From IMG/VR virus record IMGVR_UViG_3300014208_000004, positions 30,260 through 94,259 of that record: 64,000 nucleotides of DNA. One strand, written 5' to 3'. Positions 19,934 through 29,434 of the stretch are shown here, piece by piece. The notes under the pieces are model-generated. The model did not search any database, was not told where the DNA came from, and saw only the letters and a program-made list of their open reading frames with translations. This stretch comes from a virus. Position 1 is the stretch's first letter, and each line of letters opens with the position of its first letter. The position numbers were made by a program, and so were the translations under genes.

Positions 19934-20296
19934 ATGGATATCACAAAAAAAATTGCTCAAGAAATATCTGCAGAAGCTGTAAAAGCCCTTCAAGAAGTAG
20001 CCAAGAAATTTAATCTGGAAGTAACAGCAAACGGGGGAATAATTGATCCGAATACTTTTACTGCAAAGTTCAAATTTTCCACGCCGTTGAAAGTAAACCC
20101 CGATGCAAATCTAACAGAAGAATATCTACGATTTGGATTAGCCCCACGAGGAACACCAGTTATATGCAGTAAAGGAGAACGGGGAATAATTGTAGAGGCA
20201 AGACGTAGTAAGTATGTTGTAGAAATAAAAGGGAAACAATATACAACACCATTCACGGGAGTAAAATTAGTACCAAAAGAAACGGCGAAATCATAA
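19934..20296 (+). CDS. hypothetical protein with C-terminal SH3/KOW-like barrel
   Basis: AGGAG SD before ATG 19934; the ORF-track TTG start is the -35 box. Confidence 0.65.
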   Translation: MDITKKIAQEISAEAVKALQEVAKKFNLEVTANGGIIDPNTFTAKFKFSTPLKVNPDANLTEEYLRFGLAPRGTPVICSKGERGIIVEARRSKYVVEIKGKQYTTPFTGVKLVPKETAKS

Positions 20297-20297
20297 T

Positions 20298-21782
20298 ATG
20301 ATAACAGCCGAAGAATTTTATCCAACGCCCAAGGCAATCATTAGAAAAATGATAGAGCCGTATAAAAAATTATCCGACCTTACCATATTAGACCCATCGG
20401 CAGGACGAGGAGGGATACTTGATTTTATCCGAACACGGCAAGGAGAACATTACTTGCCAAACTTCTATTGTTGTGAAATTGATAAAGATTTACAATTCCA
20501 ACTGAGAGAAAAAAAATATAAACTCATTGCAGAAGACTTCCTAGAGTATAGGGGAGATTACTACTTTGACTTGATATTGATGAACCCGCCGTTCAGCAAC
20601 GGGGATGAACACCTACTCCACGCATGGGATATTCTCATTGAGGGGGATATATGTTGCTTATTGAATGCAGAGACACTTCTCAATCCCTATTCCGAGAAAA
20701 GAAAACTTTTAGCCAAGATCATTGAAGACAACCAAGGAACTGTTGAAGACCTTGGAGATTGCTTCTTTACCGCCGAGCGCAGAACATCCGTTCAGGTATC
20801 AATGGTAAGACTAAAGAAAAAAGCCAAGGATGATAAATTACGATTTAATTTTGAACCAACTTCAACAGAAGCACATCCTGAATTAACCGAAGACACTCTA
20901 AAGAATGAAATAGCAACCAGGGACGTAATTCAAAATATGGTTATCCAGTATGAAGCATTAAAAATTCAATTTGTATCCCACATTAAAGGAATAGAGGGAC
21001 TACAATATTATTCCCAAGGACTTCTTACAGACAACGAAAGTATTATGGGAATAGTAGAGAACTCACTAAACGGGATGAGTAAATGTACACCCCACGACAA
21101 ATACAATTCATTTTGCGATAATGTAAAACAAGAACTATGGAAGACCGTCATTAATAAGATGGGGATGGATCGATACATGACGGCAAACGTCAGGGAGAAT
21201 TTTTCCCAGTTTATTGAACAACAGGGAGCGATGGACTTCACAAAAGAAAATGTTTTGAATATCGTAAAGACATTACTATTAAACGGAAGCACGATCCTTG
21301 ATAAAGCCGTTGTAGATGTATTCGATATATTTACAAAATACTATGATGAGAATCGATCCTATCCAGAGGGATGGAAAACAAACGATAGTTGGAAAGTAAA
21401 CCGCCGAGTAATACTTCCACGATTTGTAGAAAATGGATGGGGAGACAACTTCACAACATCGGGACGATACAACGAATATAGCGACATTGACCGGGTAATG
21501 TGTTATTTGACAGGCAAACACTATGAAGACTTTACCACACCCGTGAAAGATTATCCATACGGCACAAAAGATATTGACAAAGAATTCAAAATAATGAGCC
21601 TAGAACAAGCAGTAAAACGTACACGATGTGGAGACTCTAGCAGGAAGGAATCAGAATTCTTTTTCCTACGTTGTTACAAAAAAGGAACACTCCACATTGA
21701 ATTCAAAGATAAAGACCTTTGGGATCGTTTCAATATTAAAGCAGTAGAAGGGAAAAAATGGCTTCCCGACTCCACAGAATAA
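20298..21782 (+). CDS. N6-adenine DNA methyltransferase fused to DUF4942-like domain
   Basis: EFYPTP, ILDPSAGRG, NPPF; C-terminal EGWKTN, FFFLRCYKKGTLHIEF. Confidence 0.85.
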   Translation: MITAEEFYPTPKAIIRKMIEPYKKLSDLTILDPSAGRGGILDFIRTRQGEHYLPNFYCCEIDKDLQFQLREKKYKLIAEDFLEYRGDYYFDLILMNPPFSNGDEHLLHAWDILIEGDICCLLNAETLLNPYSEKRKLLAKIIEDNQGTVEDLGDCFFTAERRTSVQVSMVRLKKKAKDDKLRFNFEPTSTEAHPELTEDTLKNEIATRDVIQNMVIQYEALKIQFVSHIKGIEGLQYYSQGLLTDNESIMGIVENSLNGMSKCTPHDKYNSFCDNVKQELWKTVINKMGMDRYMTANVRENFSQFIEQQGAMDFTKENVLNIVKTLLLNGSTILDKAVVDVFDIFTKYYDENRSYPEGWKTNDSWKVNRRVILPRFVENGWGDNFTTSGRYNEYSDIDRVMCYLTGKHYEDFTTPVKDYPYGTKDIDKEFKIMSLEQAVKRTRCGDSSRKESEFFFLRCYKKGTLHIEFKDKDLWDRFNIKAVEGKKWLPDSTE

Positions 21783-21790
21783 AATAAAAC

Positions 21791-21821
21791 TTGAATTAGC
21801 AATATAATTTATCCGTATATT
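21791..21821 (+). promoter_or_regulatory. putative promoter TTGAAT-N19-TATATT
   Basis: Intergenic; same -10 hexamer as other promoters here. Confidence 0.45.
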
Positions 21822-21862
21822 TATTTCAGATATATTCAATACCAACAATAGGAATAGAGACC

Positions 21863-22311
21863 ATGACCGAAGCAGCAGAAAGTCTTATCAACGCAATTAA
21901 CGAACCGGCATTAAAACGAAAACATATTGCATTAGGATATAGAAGATTAATTCTTTCAAAGGAGAATGACCAAGAAGTAATATCAAAAATTAACCAAGCG
22001 ATCATAAAACGATGGAGTAATTCCGCATTGCTTTTCATTAAAAATTTAGCATGGAGTGGTAAACCAATAAAGTAAAAATCATGTCAGATTTATTCAATCA
22101 GCCAGAACATATTCCAGTTAAGACCAAGGGACGAAAGAAAAACGAAGACCAACTCATTGAGACAGTCAAAAAAATTGGATGCAATTGCCCTTTGATTGAA
22201 TCAGAAACAATGATTAAGAATAAAGACATACTCGGAAATCCAAGTATTAATTATAATGGAAAATTAATGTGGTATTGTAAAATTCATAAATGTGAAAGGG
22301 CATCAAAATGA
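21863..22311 (+). CDS. two hypothetical proteins (21863-22075, 22081-22311)
   Basis: Tandem ORFs; the second has CNC..CKIH metal-binding residues. Confidence 0.55.
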
Positions 22312-23081
22312 AGATCGATAAAACAAAAGTAATTGAACAAGCAAAATCATTGTTTAATCCAACAACATTGATATTAATTATAACTGTAATTGGAGTAACA
22401 TATTTTGTCCTGCCATCAAAAGAAACAATTAGTTATCAGGATCATGTTATTGTCAAACCAGACGAAGCACAAATAGCCAGAATTACAGCCGAGTACGAAA
22501 GAAAACTTGTTGAAAAACAATCACTGATTGATAAATTAACAGGCCAGAATAAACCATCCCACCCGCCGACAGGCACAATCGGAAAACCAGATAAACCACC
22601 GATTGATGAAGACGTACTTCCACCAATAGGAGTAACACCGCTCCCTAAAGATACATTAATATATGATACATTAACAGTTCCAATGGAATCAAGTAAAATG
22701 GAAAAAGAATATGCTTACGATTTTCCATTATCAATAATCACAGATCGAAATGAAATCCGTATCCTTACATTCAATCCATATTTATTTGCACTCGGAAAAA
22801 ATTACGTAAAGTCATATACATTCCAAAGAGACAATGAAGATTTTTTCATTATAGCAAGGCATACAAATAATGAAAACACTTTAGATGGAATAACAATGAC
22901 TTTCAGTGAAAGATTTTTTACATTTGACGGAGTATGGATCGGAGGAGGAAGTGGATTCCCTAAACAATGGTATTTATCTTTAGATGCAGAATTTACAATT
23001 TATCAGCGATTAAAAGTAATTCCAAAACTCACTTCAACGCCATTTATTGGCATTGATGTACGATACAGATTATTCAAATAG
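22308..23081 (+). CDS. membrane-anchored protein with C-terminal amphipathic beta-strands (spanin-like candidate)
   Basis: N-terminal TM, coiled coil, Pro-rich linker, ends FIGIDVRYRLFK. Confidence 0.55.
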   Translation: MKIDKTKVIEQAKSLFNPTTLILIITVIGVTYFVLPSKETISYQDHVIVKPDEAQIARITAEYERKLVEKQSLIDKLTGQNKPSHPPTGTIGKPDKPPIDEDVLPPIGVTPLPKDTLIYDTLTVPMESSKMEKEYAYDFPLSIITDRNEIRILTFNPYLFALGKNYVKSYTFQRDNEDFFIIARHTNNENTLDGITMTFSERFFTFDGVWIGGGSGFPKQWYLSLDAEFTIYQRLKVIPKLTSTPFIGIDVRYRLFK

Positions 23082-23091
23082 GAGAACAATT

Positions 23092-23211
23092 ATGGAAATT
23101 ATAATTGGATCAGTAATCTATCTAATAGTAATAGCGTTATTTATTGCATTTGGTAAATTTTTGAAAGAATGCGATGAAGGAACCAGTCAAATGCATGTAG
23201 GTAAAAAATGA
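23092..23211 (+). CDS. small single-TM peptide (39 aa)
   Basis: AGGAG SD; MEIIIGSVIYLIVIALFIAFGK; ATGA overlap with the next gene. Confidence 0.55.
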   Translation: MEIIIGSVIYLIVIALFIAFGKFLKECDEGTSQMHVGKK

Positions 23212-23567
23212 AAATAAAACTCTTTATCGGAAAAGAAACTGGGATTGCATTAGAGCGAACCCCAGAAGAATATAAACTGATGGAACAGGATCAGTTATTC
23301 AAACAGCAATTAAAATTATCAAAAGTTCCAATGCCAAAAGGAACAGGAGATACATATACAAATTGCACAATAACACATCGGGAACCAGTTATCGTTCCAC
23401 AGCCCATGATGATGATGCAAAAGCCACAAACCACGGTAGCCATAAATCCAGAGTTTATTGAAAAAGCAACCGATTACACGGCAATGCACACGGGACAAAA
23501 TACAGACGTTGTATCTAAGGTCATTGATTCACTACTACAATATTTTAGAGACAGGGGAATAATATAA
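23208..23567 (+). CDS. hypothetical protein
   Basis: Translationally coupled on both sides. Confidence 0.55.
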   Translation: MKIKLFIGKETGIALERTPEEYKLMEQDQLFKQQLKLSKVPMPKGTGDTYTNCTITHREPVIVPQPMMMMQKPQTTVAINPEFIEKATDYTAMHTGQNTDVVSKVIDSLLQYFRDRGII

Positions 23568-24688
23568 TGATACACGAACATGAAATAGTAAAGGGTATCA
23601 GGGCAGACGTAGGAAAGATAGGACACATGAAAGAACTGCAACAACTTGAAATCCTATTCTACAACTCCATGGATATTCCGGGACTTCTTTTAAGACTCAA
23701 TGAGTATCTTAACAAGAACGTTGACCTTGACAAGCCCTTGCAGTTGAAAGACCTTCAGGGAGTGGACTCATTTGTAAAATCATTTTTTGTGAAAAAGATC
23801 ATTACAGAAAATGAGTTATGGATAGTCAGAGGATTTGTTATTGGTAAAGTTCTGGAAGCACAAGAAAAAATGCCAACGATATACCAGCCGATGATTGACA
23901 TCAACAAACTTCCAAAAACCGTAAAGGATGCAGCAAAGGATTACAATCTCACATTGCGGGAAACAAAAGCATTGGAGTATACCGTCAGTGAAGGAATGAA
24001 GAACCTTACCAACGCAACACTAGATACGATTCGAAGATCAAACGCAATCCTATTTGACAATATTAAGAACCGCCGAGGAACCAAAGAGCTCAGGGATGCA
24101 CTGCAGAACGAATTTCTATTGGATGAAGGAGAAGTCAACAGGAATTGGAAGAAAGTTGCAATCAGTGAGACCAACAACGCATTCAATCAGGGATTTATAT
24201 CACAAGTAAAACAAGGTGAATGGGTATACGGACTCTCTCTAAAGGATCGATGTGAACATTGCGGGGCACTCATTGATGGGAAGTTCTATCCAGTGATACG
24301 CATCCCGTCAGAGGATCTCAATTACAGCAACCTTAATCCGAAAAGCAATGAATATAAACGTCTATCCTGGATATGGCAGAACGGAATTTGGGCAGGGAAA
24401 GACAATCTTGGTAGAAGCGGATCAAAGAAGAAGCGCATCGATAGCGATACAGGCAACAAAAAAGAAAACCTTATTGACCGTGAAGACCATGAGATATACA
24501 CCCCGGTAATTCCAATGCATCCATACTGCAGATGTAGATGGATACATTTCTATCCAGACAAACAATACCTTGACTCCAATGGAAATATCAAATTGCGATT
24601 GATGGACGAGGGAGCATGGCAAAAGTTTTACGATAAACACATCCAGCCAATAATTCACGAATTTGCAAAGAGAAATATTAAGTTATGA
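23567..24688 (+). CDS. head morphogenesis protein (MuF/SPP1 gp7-like)
   Basis: RNWKKVAISETNNAFNQG, CEHC, PMHPYCRCRW. Confidence 0.85.
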   Translation: MIHEHEIVKGIRADVGKIGHMKELQQLEILFYNSMDIPGLLLRLNEYLNKNVDLDKPLQLKDLQGVDSFVKSFFVKKIITENELWIVRGFVIGKVLEAQEKMPTIYQPMIDINKLPKTVKDAAKDYNLTLRETKALEYTVSEGMKNLTNATLDTIRRSNAILFDNIKNRRGTKELRDALQNEFLLDEGEVNRNWKKVAISETNNAFNQGFISQVKQGEWVYGLSLKDRCEHCGALIDGKFYPVIRIPSEDLNYSNLNPKSNEYKRLSWIWQNGIWAGKDNLGRSGSKKKRIDSDTGNKKENLIDREDHEIYTPVIPMHPYCRCRWIHFYPDKQYLDSNGNIKLRLMDEGAWQKFYDKHIQPIIHEFAKRNIKL

Positions 24689-25111
24689 TCGGTAAATTAA
24701 GGCCATTAACAGTCCAGAGACAGGAGATAGCAGAACTTGCCAAGGCACGGGATGAATTTGATGAACACTTCCCACAGACACCGGCACAAGAAAAGTTTTG
24801 CAACAGCGTTGATGAATTAATAGAGAAGTTGAAAGATTTGACGGCGTTTGAAAAAATAACTTACAATGATACAGATTGGTTAAATTCACTCATTGAACAC
24901 CAACAAATAAAATTGTATGAGTTACAAAATAATTAATACCGAAGGCAAAATATTTGTTCAGCCACCAGAACTAGTAGGTATATATCCAGAAAATTATCCA
25001 GTGCAAGTTGGAGTATGGATAGATGAAGAAAAAGAAGAAGTAGAATTCAACTACATTTACACACCAGCGGGAATGATTTGCAACGGATATACAATTAAAG
25101 AAAAACAGTGA
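24685..25111 (+). CDS. two small hypothetical proteins (24685-24936, 24917-25111)
   Basis: Overlapping operonic ORFs. Confidence 0.5.
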
Positions 25112-25686
25112 TTATCACAGCAGAGCACATCCAGGCAAACGTAAAATATTTAGGGCAGACAACTTTCAGTAAGGAGATATTGAAAGATAGTCTAGAACTT
25201 GCCCAGAAACGGATAGAAGCCAGCAAGCAATACATGCAAGACCACGAGCGAACAGACCGAGGATGGAACAACGAACACATAGCACGGATAGGAACGCTTG
25301 CAGAAATGATTGCTATAAAATATCTAACCGACAATAAAATCCCGCATCACAACTTTGCAGCAACCACGGAAGGAATAAACACCAATCCAGATATCATTGT
25401 AGGAGAACACAACTACGATGTTAAAGGGATAGATGTTGTTATCAAAGAATTCCGGGTAAACTTCAATGCACATTGGAGAAAAGAAAAGCGAGTAACAGAC
25501 TATTGGTTCATAAAAATAACCGGGACAGCCCACGCCGATCATTATCTTTGCAATAAAAACTTCATAACTCAATGGCAGATCAATGATAAAAGTTACTCAA
25601 AATTTTATTTCTTGCCTGAGAGCGATATTATTTCAGCACAACTTCCAATCGTTTCCATTCCACAACTAGCAATGCCATTTGAATAA
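25108..25686 (+). CDS. PD-(D/E)XK nuclease-like protein
   Basis: GTLAEMIAIKYL...PDII....YDVKG. Confidence 0.65.
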   Translation: MIITAEHIQANVKYLGQTTFSKEILKDSLELAQKRIEASKQYMQDHERTDRGWNNEHIARIGTLAEMIAIKYLTDNKIPHHNFAATTEGINTNPDIIVGEHNYDVKGIDVVIKEFRVNFNAHWRKEKRVTDYWFIKITGTAHADHYLCNKNFITQWQINDKSYSKFYFLPESDIISAQLPIVSIPQLAMPFE

Positions 25687-25707
25687 TAGGAAAGACAGGA
25701 TAGCCAG

Positions 25708-25956
25708 ATGACAATCAGATTAATAGAGTACGATACAGTCCAGCTTTACATTGACCAAGTGCCAAGCCTTGAACACGAAACAATCATTGTAGAAGTCCCG
25801 CAACAAGAAATTGATAAATCACTTCAATACAACGATAGCAAAGAAGCATTGAGAATATTTCTTGTAGGTTACGCTCAGTCAAAAATCAACGACTTATTGA
25901 CTTCATTGAAAAACAAACCCTCAGTATATCGTTACCGCCCACCAATGGCACTATAA
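25708..25956 (+). CDS. hypothetical protein
   Basis: AGGA SD; contains an IDKSL motif. Confidence 0.55.
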   Translation: MTIRLIEYDTVQLYIDQVPSLEHETIIVEVPQQEIDKSLQYNDSKEALRIFLVGYAQSKINDLLTSLKNKPSVYRYRPPMAL

Positions 25957-25963
25957 ATAGTAA

Positions 25964-25992
25964 TTGCATCGTTTCCGATAAACATATATATT
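25964..25992 (+). promoter_or_regulatory. putative promoter TTGCAT-N17-TATATT
   Basis: Intergenic, upstream of the methyltransferase cluster. Confidence 0.5.
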
Positions 25993-26038
25993 AATACACA
26001 GTTACCGACAAAATAAATAGATTAATAGCCAACCCAAA

Positions 26039-27175
26039 ATGAATAAACCCAAAATACTCCAATGGTATAATTGCTACGATGATTCCAATAAAAAATGGAT
26101 TACATCGGAGAGTATGACCCACCCAGCGAAAATGTCAGTAGGACTCTGTAAACGAATCTATAAATTCTTAGAAGAAATTCAGGCAATAAAAAAAGGAGAC
26201 TTGATTATCGATCCATTTGGAGGGATTGCAATGACTGGACTCATTGGATCTCATTCGGGATATAAAGTTATCACGGTAGAATTAGAGCCAAAATTCGTAA
26301 AACTTGGTAATGAAAATATTGACAAACATATTATTAATTTATCTCGAATGGTTTTACCATTCCCAGAACACATCCAAGGAGACAGCCGCAATCTTGTAGA
26401 GATAATAAAACGAAAATGTAGTAGTATAATATCCAGCCCACCTTATGCAGACACAGCAATACAAAAATCTGCAAAAGGAGTAAACCTAGAAAAACAATAT
26501 AAAAGTTATCAGGCATCGGGAGGAGGACAAACTTTTGAACAGTTCAAAACAACACAATTAAAGCATTCTCTAGGATATGGATATTCCGAAGGACAAATAG
26601 GAGCACTTAAATCAGGGAACGCCGATGGAATTATTTCTTCACCACCATACGAGGGCATTAGTACTGGACAGGGAGGGCTTAATACAAAACCATCGAAGAA
26701 CGGGAAAGGACAGACGGGAAGAAATCCAAAACTTGCATCACAAAACACCGATCAAAAATATGGTATCAGCCCTGGACAAATATCCAGATTAAAAGGAGGA
26801 GCAATAAACTCTATCATTGAAAAGAAAGAGGAGAAAAAAGAAACATATTGGGAAGCAATGTATAAAGTATATTCCCAGTGTTATGAAATTCTAAAGGATG
26901 ATGGATCAATTGCTATAGTAGTAAAAGATTTTGTCAGGAAGGGGAAAATTATTCCATTGGGGGATGACACCGTAAAACTTTTAGAACATATTGGATTCAA
27001 AACCGAATATCGAATTCACGCAATGGTAATACAAGACCTTGGATCAACAGATATGTTTACAGGAAACCACGGAAGAAAGTCCCGGAAAAGTTTTTTCCGA
27101 AGACTACAGGAACAAAAAGGAAGCCCGGAAATTAACTGGGAAGAAGTTATCATTGCACGAAAACAAAGCCGATGA
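26039..27175 (+). CDS. N4/N6 DNA methyltransferase with duplicated SPPY catalytic module
   Basis: HPAKM, IDPFGG, VELE, GDSR, IISSPPY x2. Confidence 0.85.
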   Translation: MNKPKILQWYNCYDDSNKKWITSESMTHPAKMSVGLCKRIYKFLEEIQAIKKGDLIIDPFGGIAMTGLIGSHSGYKVITVELEPKFVKLGNENIDKHIINLSRMVLPFPEHIQGDSRNLVEIIKRKCSSIISSPPYADTAIQKSAKGVNLEKQYKSYQASGGGQTFEQFKTTQLKHSLGYGYSEGQIGALKSGNADGIISSPPYEGISTGQGGLNTKPSKNGKGQTGRNPKLASQNTDQKYGISPGQISRLKGGAINSIIEKKEEKKETYWEAMYKVYSQCYEILKDDGSIAIVVKDFVRKGKIIPLGDDTVKLLEHIGFKTEYRIHAMVIQDLGSTDMFTGNHGRKSRKSFFRRLQEQKGSPEINWEEVIIARKQSR

Positions 27176-28656
27176 AATTAAACCACGTATACACTGGACA
27201 CAATCTTGAGATATTAAAGTCTTATCCAGACAATAGTATTGACTCAGTAGTAACAGACAGTCCCTATGGACTCAGTAAAGAACCCAACCCAACAGCATTA
27301 ATCCAAGCATGGATTGACCACGGATATTTAGAGCAAACTGGAAAAGGATTTATGAACAAGGCATGGGATGCATTCGTACCACAGCCAATATTTTGGAAAG
27401 AAGTATTCCGAGTATTGAAACCGGGAGGATATTGCCTATCATTTTTTGGAACCCGTACATACGACTGGGGAGTATTGGCAATGAGACTTGCAGGATTTGA
27501 AGTAAGAGATTCAATCCTTTGGATATATGGAAGCGGATTCCCAAAAAGCTTAGACATATCAAAAGCTATTGATGATAAATTAGGATGGGAAAGAAAAATT
27601 AAAGGACAGTATCAGCATCCAGACGGTGGAAAAAGAAAGTATGAAAAACACAACACTTCAAAAGGTGAGATACCTTATGGACATAATAAAGGAAAGAAAA
27701 GAGATATCACAGAACCATCTACACCAGAAGCAATTAAGTGGAACGGATGGGGAACAAATCTAAAGCCAGCAGTTGAGCCAATAGTAGTATGTAGAAAGCC
27801 AATCAGTGAAAGCACCATAGCAGATAATGTTTTGAAATGGGGAACCGGAGGGATTAACATTGATGCAACGAGAATTGGAATTGAAGAAAGAACTTATAAA
27901 GGAAGTGGAAAACAAAAACAAAAATTATCAAATCACGAAAAAGGAGATACCGGAATTGGATACATGGATGGAAATGGAAAAGATATTGAATTTACTGTTA
28001 ATGGACGTTTTCCTTCTAACATAATTCTAAACGAAGAATCAGCAAAAATTCTTGACCAACAATCAGGGATATTAAAATCAGGAAAGATGGATCAAAACAT
28101 CACAGGTAAGACCGGCAACATCTATGGTAAACAATACGACAGGAGAGTAACAGGGATAGGAGATACAGGCTACGCCAGCAGATTTTTTTACATTGCAAAG
28201 CCATCACAGTATGAAAGAAACCTTGGATGTGAGAACATAGAAGCAAAGACCCACGGACACAACCTAACAGACAGATGTAAAAAATGTGGAGGAAGAATAC
28301 ACCAGAACCCAGACCTTCCATCGGCATGTAAATGTGAAGAACCAGAAAGGGAGCATTTATCAGCAAAAGGAAATTCCCACCCAACGGTAAAACCAGTCAG
28401 ATTAATGCAACACCTTGTAAAACTTGTCACTCCCAAGGGAGGAACAATCCTTGACCCATTCCTTGGAAGCGGAACAACAGCCATTGCAGCAAAGATTGAA
28501 GGATTCAATTTCATCGGGATAGAGCAAGATGAACATTCAGTTTTGATTGCCAACGCCCGGATAAAGAATTGGAAGAAATATATTTTCCTTGACAGTAAAG
28601 ACAGACCCGATCCAGTACCAGAAAATCAAACAGACCTATTCACGGAGACAGAATAA
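27172..28656 (+). CDS. beta-class N4/N6 DNA methyltransferase
   Basis: VVTDSPY (DPPY variant), RVLKPGG, YGSGFPK, HPTVKP, LDPFLGSGTT. Confidence 0.9.
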   Translation: MKLNHVYTGHNLEILKSYPDNSIDSVVTDSPYGLSKEPNPTALIQAWIDHGYLEQTGKGFMNKAWDAFVPQPIFWKEVFRVLKPGGYCLSFFGTRTYDWGVLAMRLAGFEVRDSILWIYGSGFPKSLDISKAIDDKLGWERKIKGQYQHPDGGKRKYEKHNTSKGEIPYGHNKGKKRDITEPSTPEAIKWNGWGTNLKPAVEPIVVCRKPISESTIADNVLKWGTGGINIDATRIGIEERTYKGSGKQKQKLSNHEKGDTGIGYMDGNGKDIEFTVNGRFPSNIILNEESAKILDQQSGILKSGKMDQNITGKTGNIYGKQYDRRVTGIGDTGYASRFFYIAKPSQYERNLGCENIEAKTHGHNLTDRCKKCGGRIHQNPDLPSACKCEEPEREHLSAKGNSHPTVKPVRLMQHLVKLVTPKGGTILDPFLGSGTTAIAAKIEGFNFIGIEQDEHSVLIANARIKNWKKYIFLDSKDRPDPVPENQTDLFTETE

Positions 28657-28657
28657 A

Positions 28658-29374
28658 ATGCCAACACTGAAGACATTTACAAAACTTACAATCGGCATTG
28701 AAGTAAACAACGCAAAAATGGAGTATGGTAGTTATAAATTCTACCTAAGAGTGCCGGATGAAATAAGACTTATATCCCGCCGTCAATCATTCACGCAATA
28801 TACTACTAGCATTCATATTCACGGGATAGAAAATCTTGTTCAGGTAGTATGTGGAGAGACCGAACATGAGTTATGGGATAATCTTGAAAAGTTCAATACC
28901 CAATACCGCAAAGAAACAACCACGGTAAGAAAAGTTATCCTATTTAAGACAAACTACAGTTCATTTAACAATTGCGAAGATTACGAGCGCACAAAATTAA
29001 TGTACGCTACCATGCCGGCAAAACTAAAATTTGAATATCACATCGCAGACGAGATAGACGAGGGTAAACATTATTCCTACGAAGACTCAAAAACAAAAAT
29101 TAATATTGCAAGGAAAAGAAAAAATGAAGAAGGAGAATGGGAAATAATCCCATGGACAACCGAGGCAGAGGAATTCTTTATTTCTATCTATGATGGGATG
29201 GAAATGCTGATGAAAAAAATGAAAAAATTTATCGGAACGGGTAAGAGAGCTCAAAAGTCAATAGCCACAAAACAAAAACTACTAGGGAATAACAATGAGA
29301 CAACCAAAAAACGAAATGTTGTACAACAGGAAGAAATTAAAAAAACGGATATTCAGTCTAGTCAAAAATCTTGA
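28658..29374 (+). CDS. hypothetical protein
   Basis: ATG 28658 directly after the MTase stop. Confidence 0.55.
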   Translation: MPTLKTFTKLTIGIEVNNAKMEYGSYKFYLRVPDEIRLISRRQSFTQYTTSIHIHGIENLVQVVCGETEHELWDNLEKFNTQYRKETTTVRKVILFKTNYSSFNNCEDYERTKLMYATMPAKLKFEYHIADEIDEGKHYSYEDSKTKINIARKRKNEEGEWEIIPWTTEAEEFFISIYDGMEMLMKKMKKFIGTGKRAQKSIATKQKLLGNNNETTKKRNVVQQEEIKKTDIQSSQKS

Positions 29375-29434
29375 AAACCATAAAGCATTAATTAAAAGAA
29401 CAATTGCAAAACAACAATTCCGATCAGTAAAATA

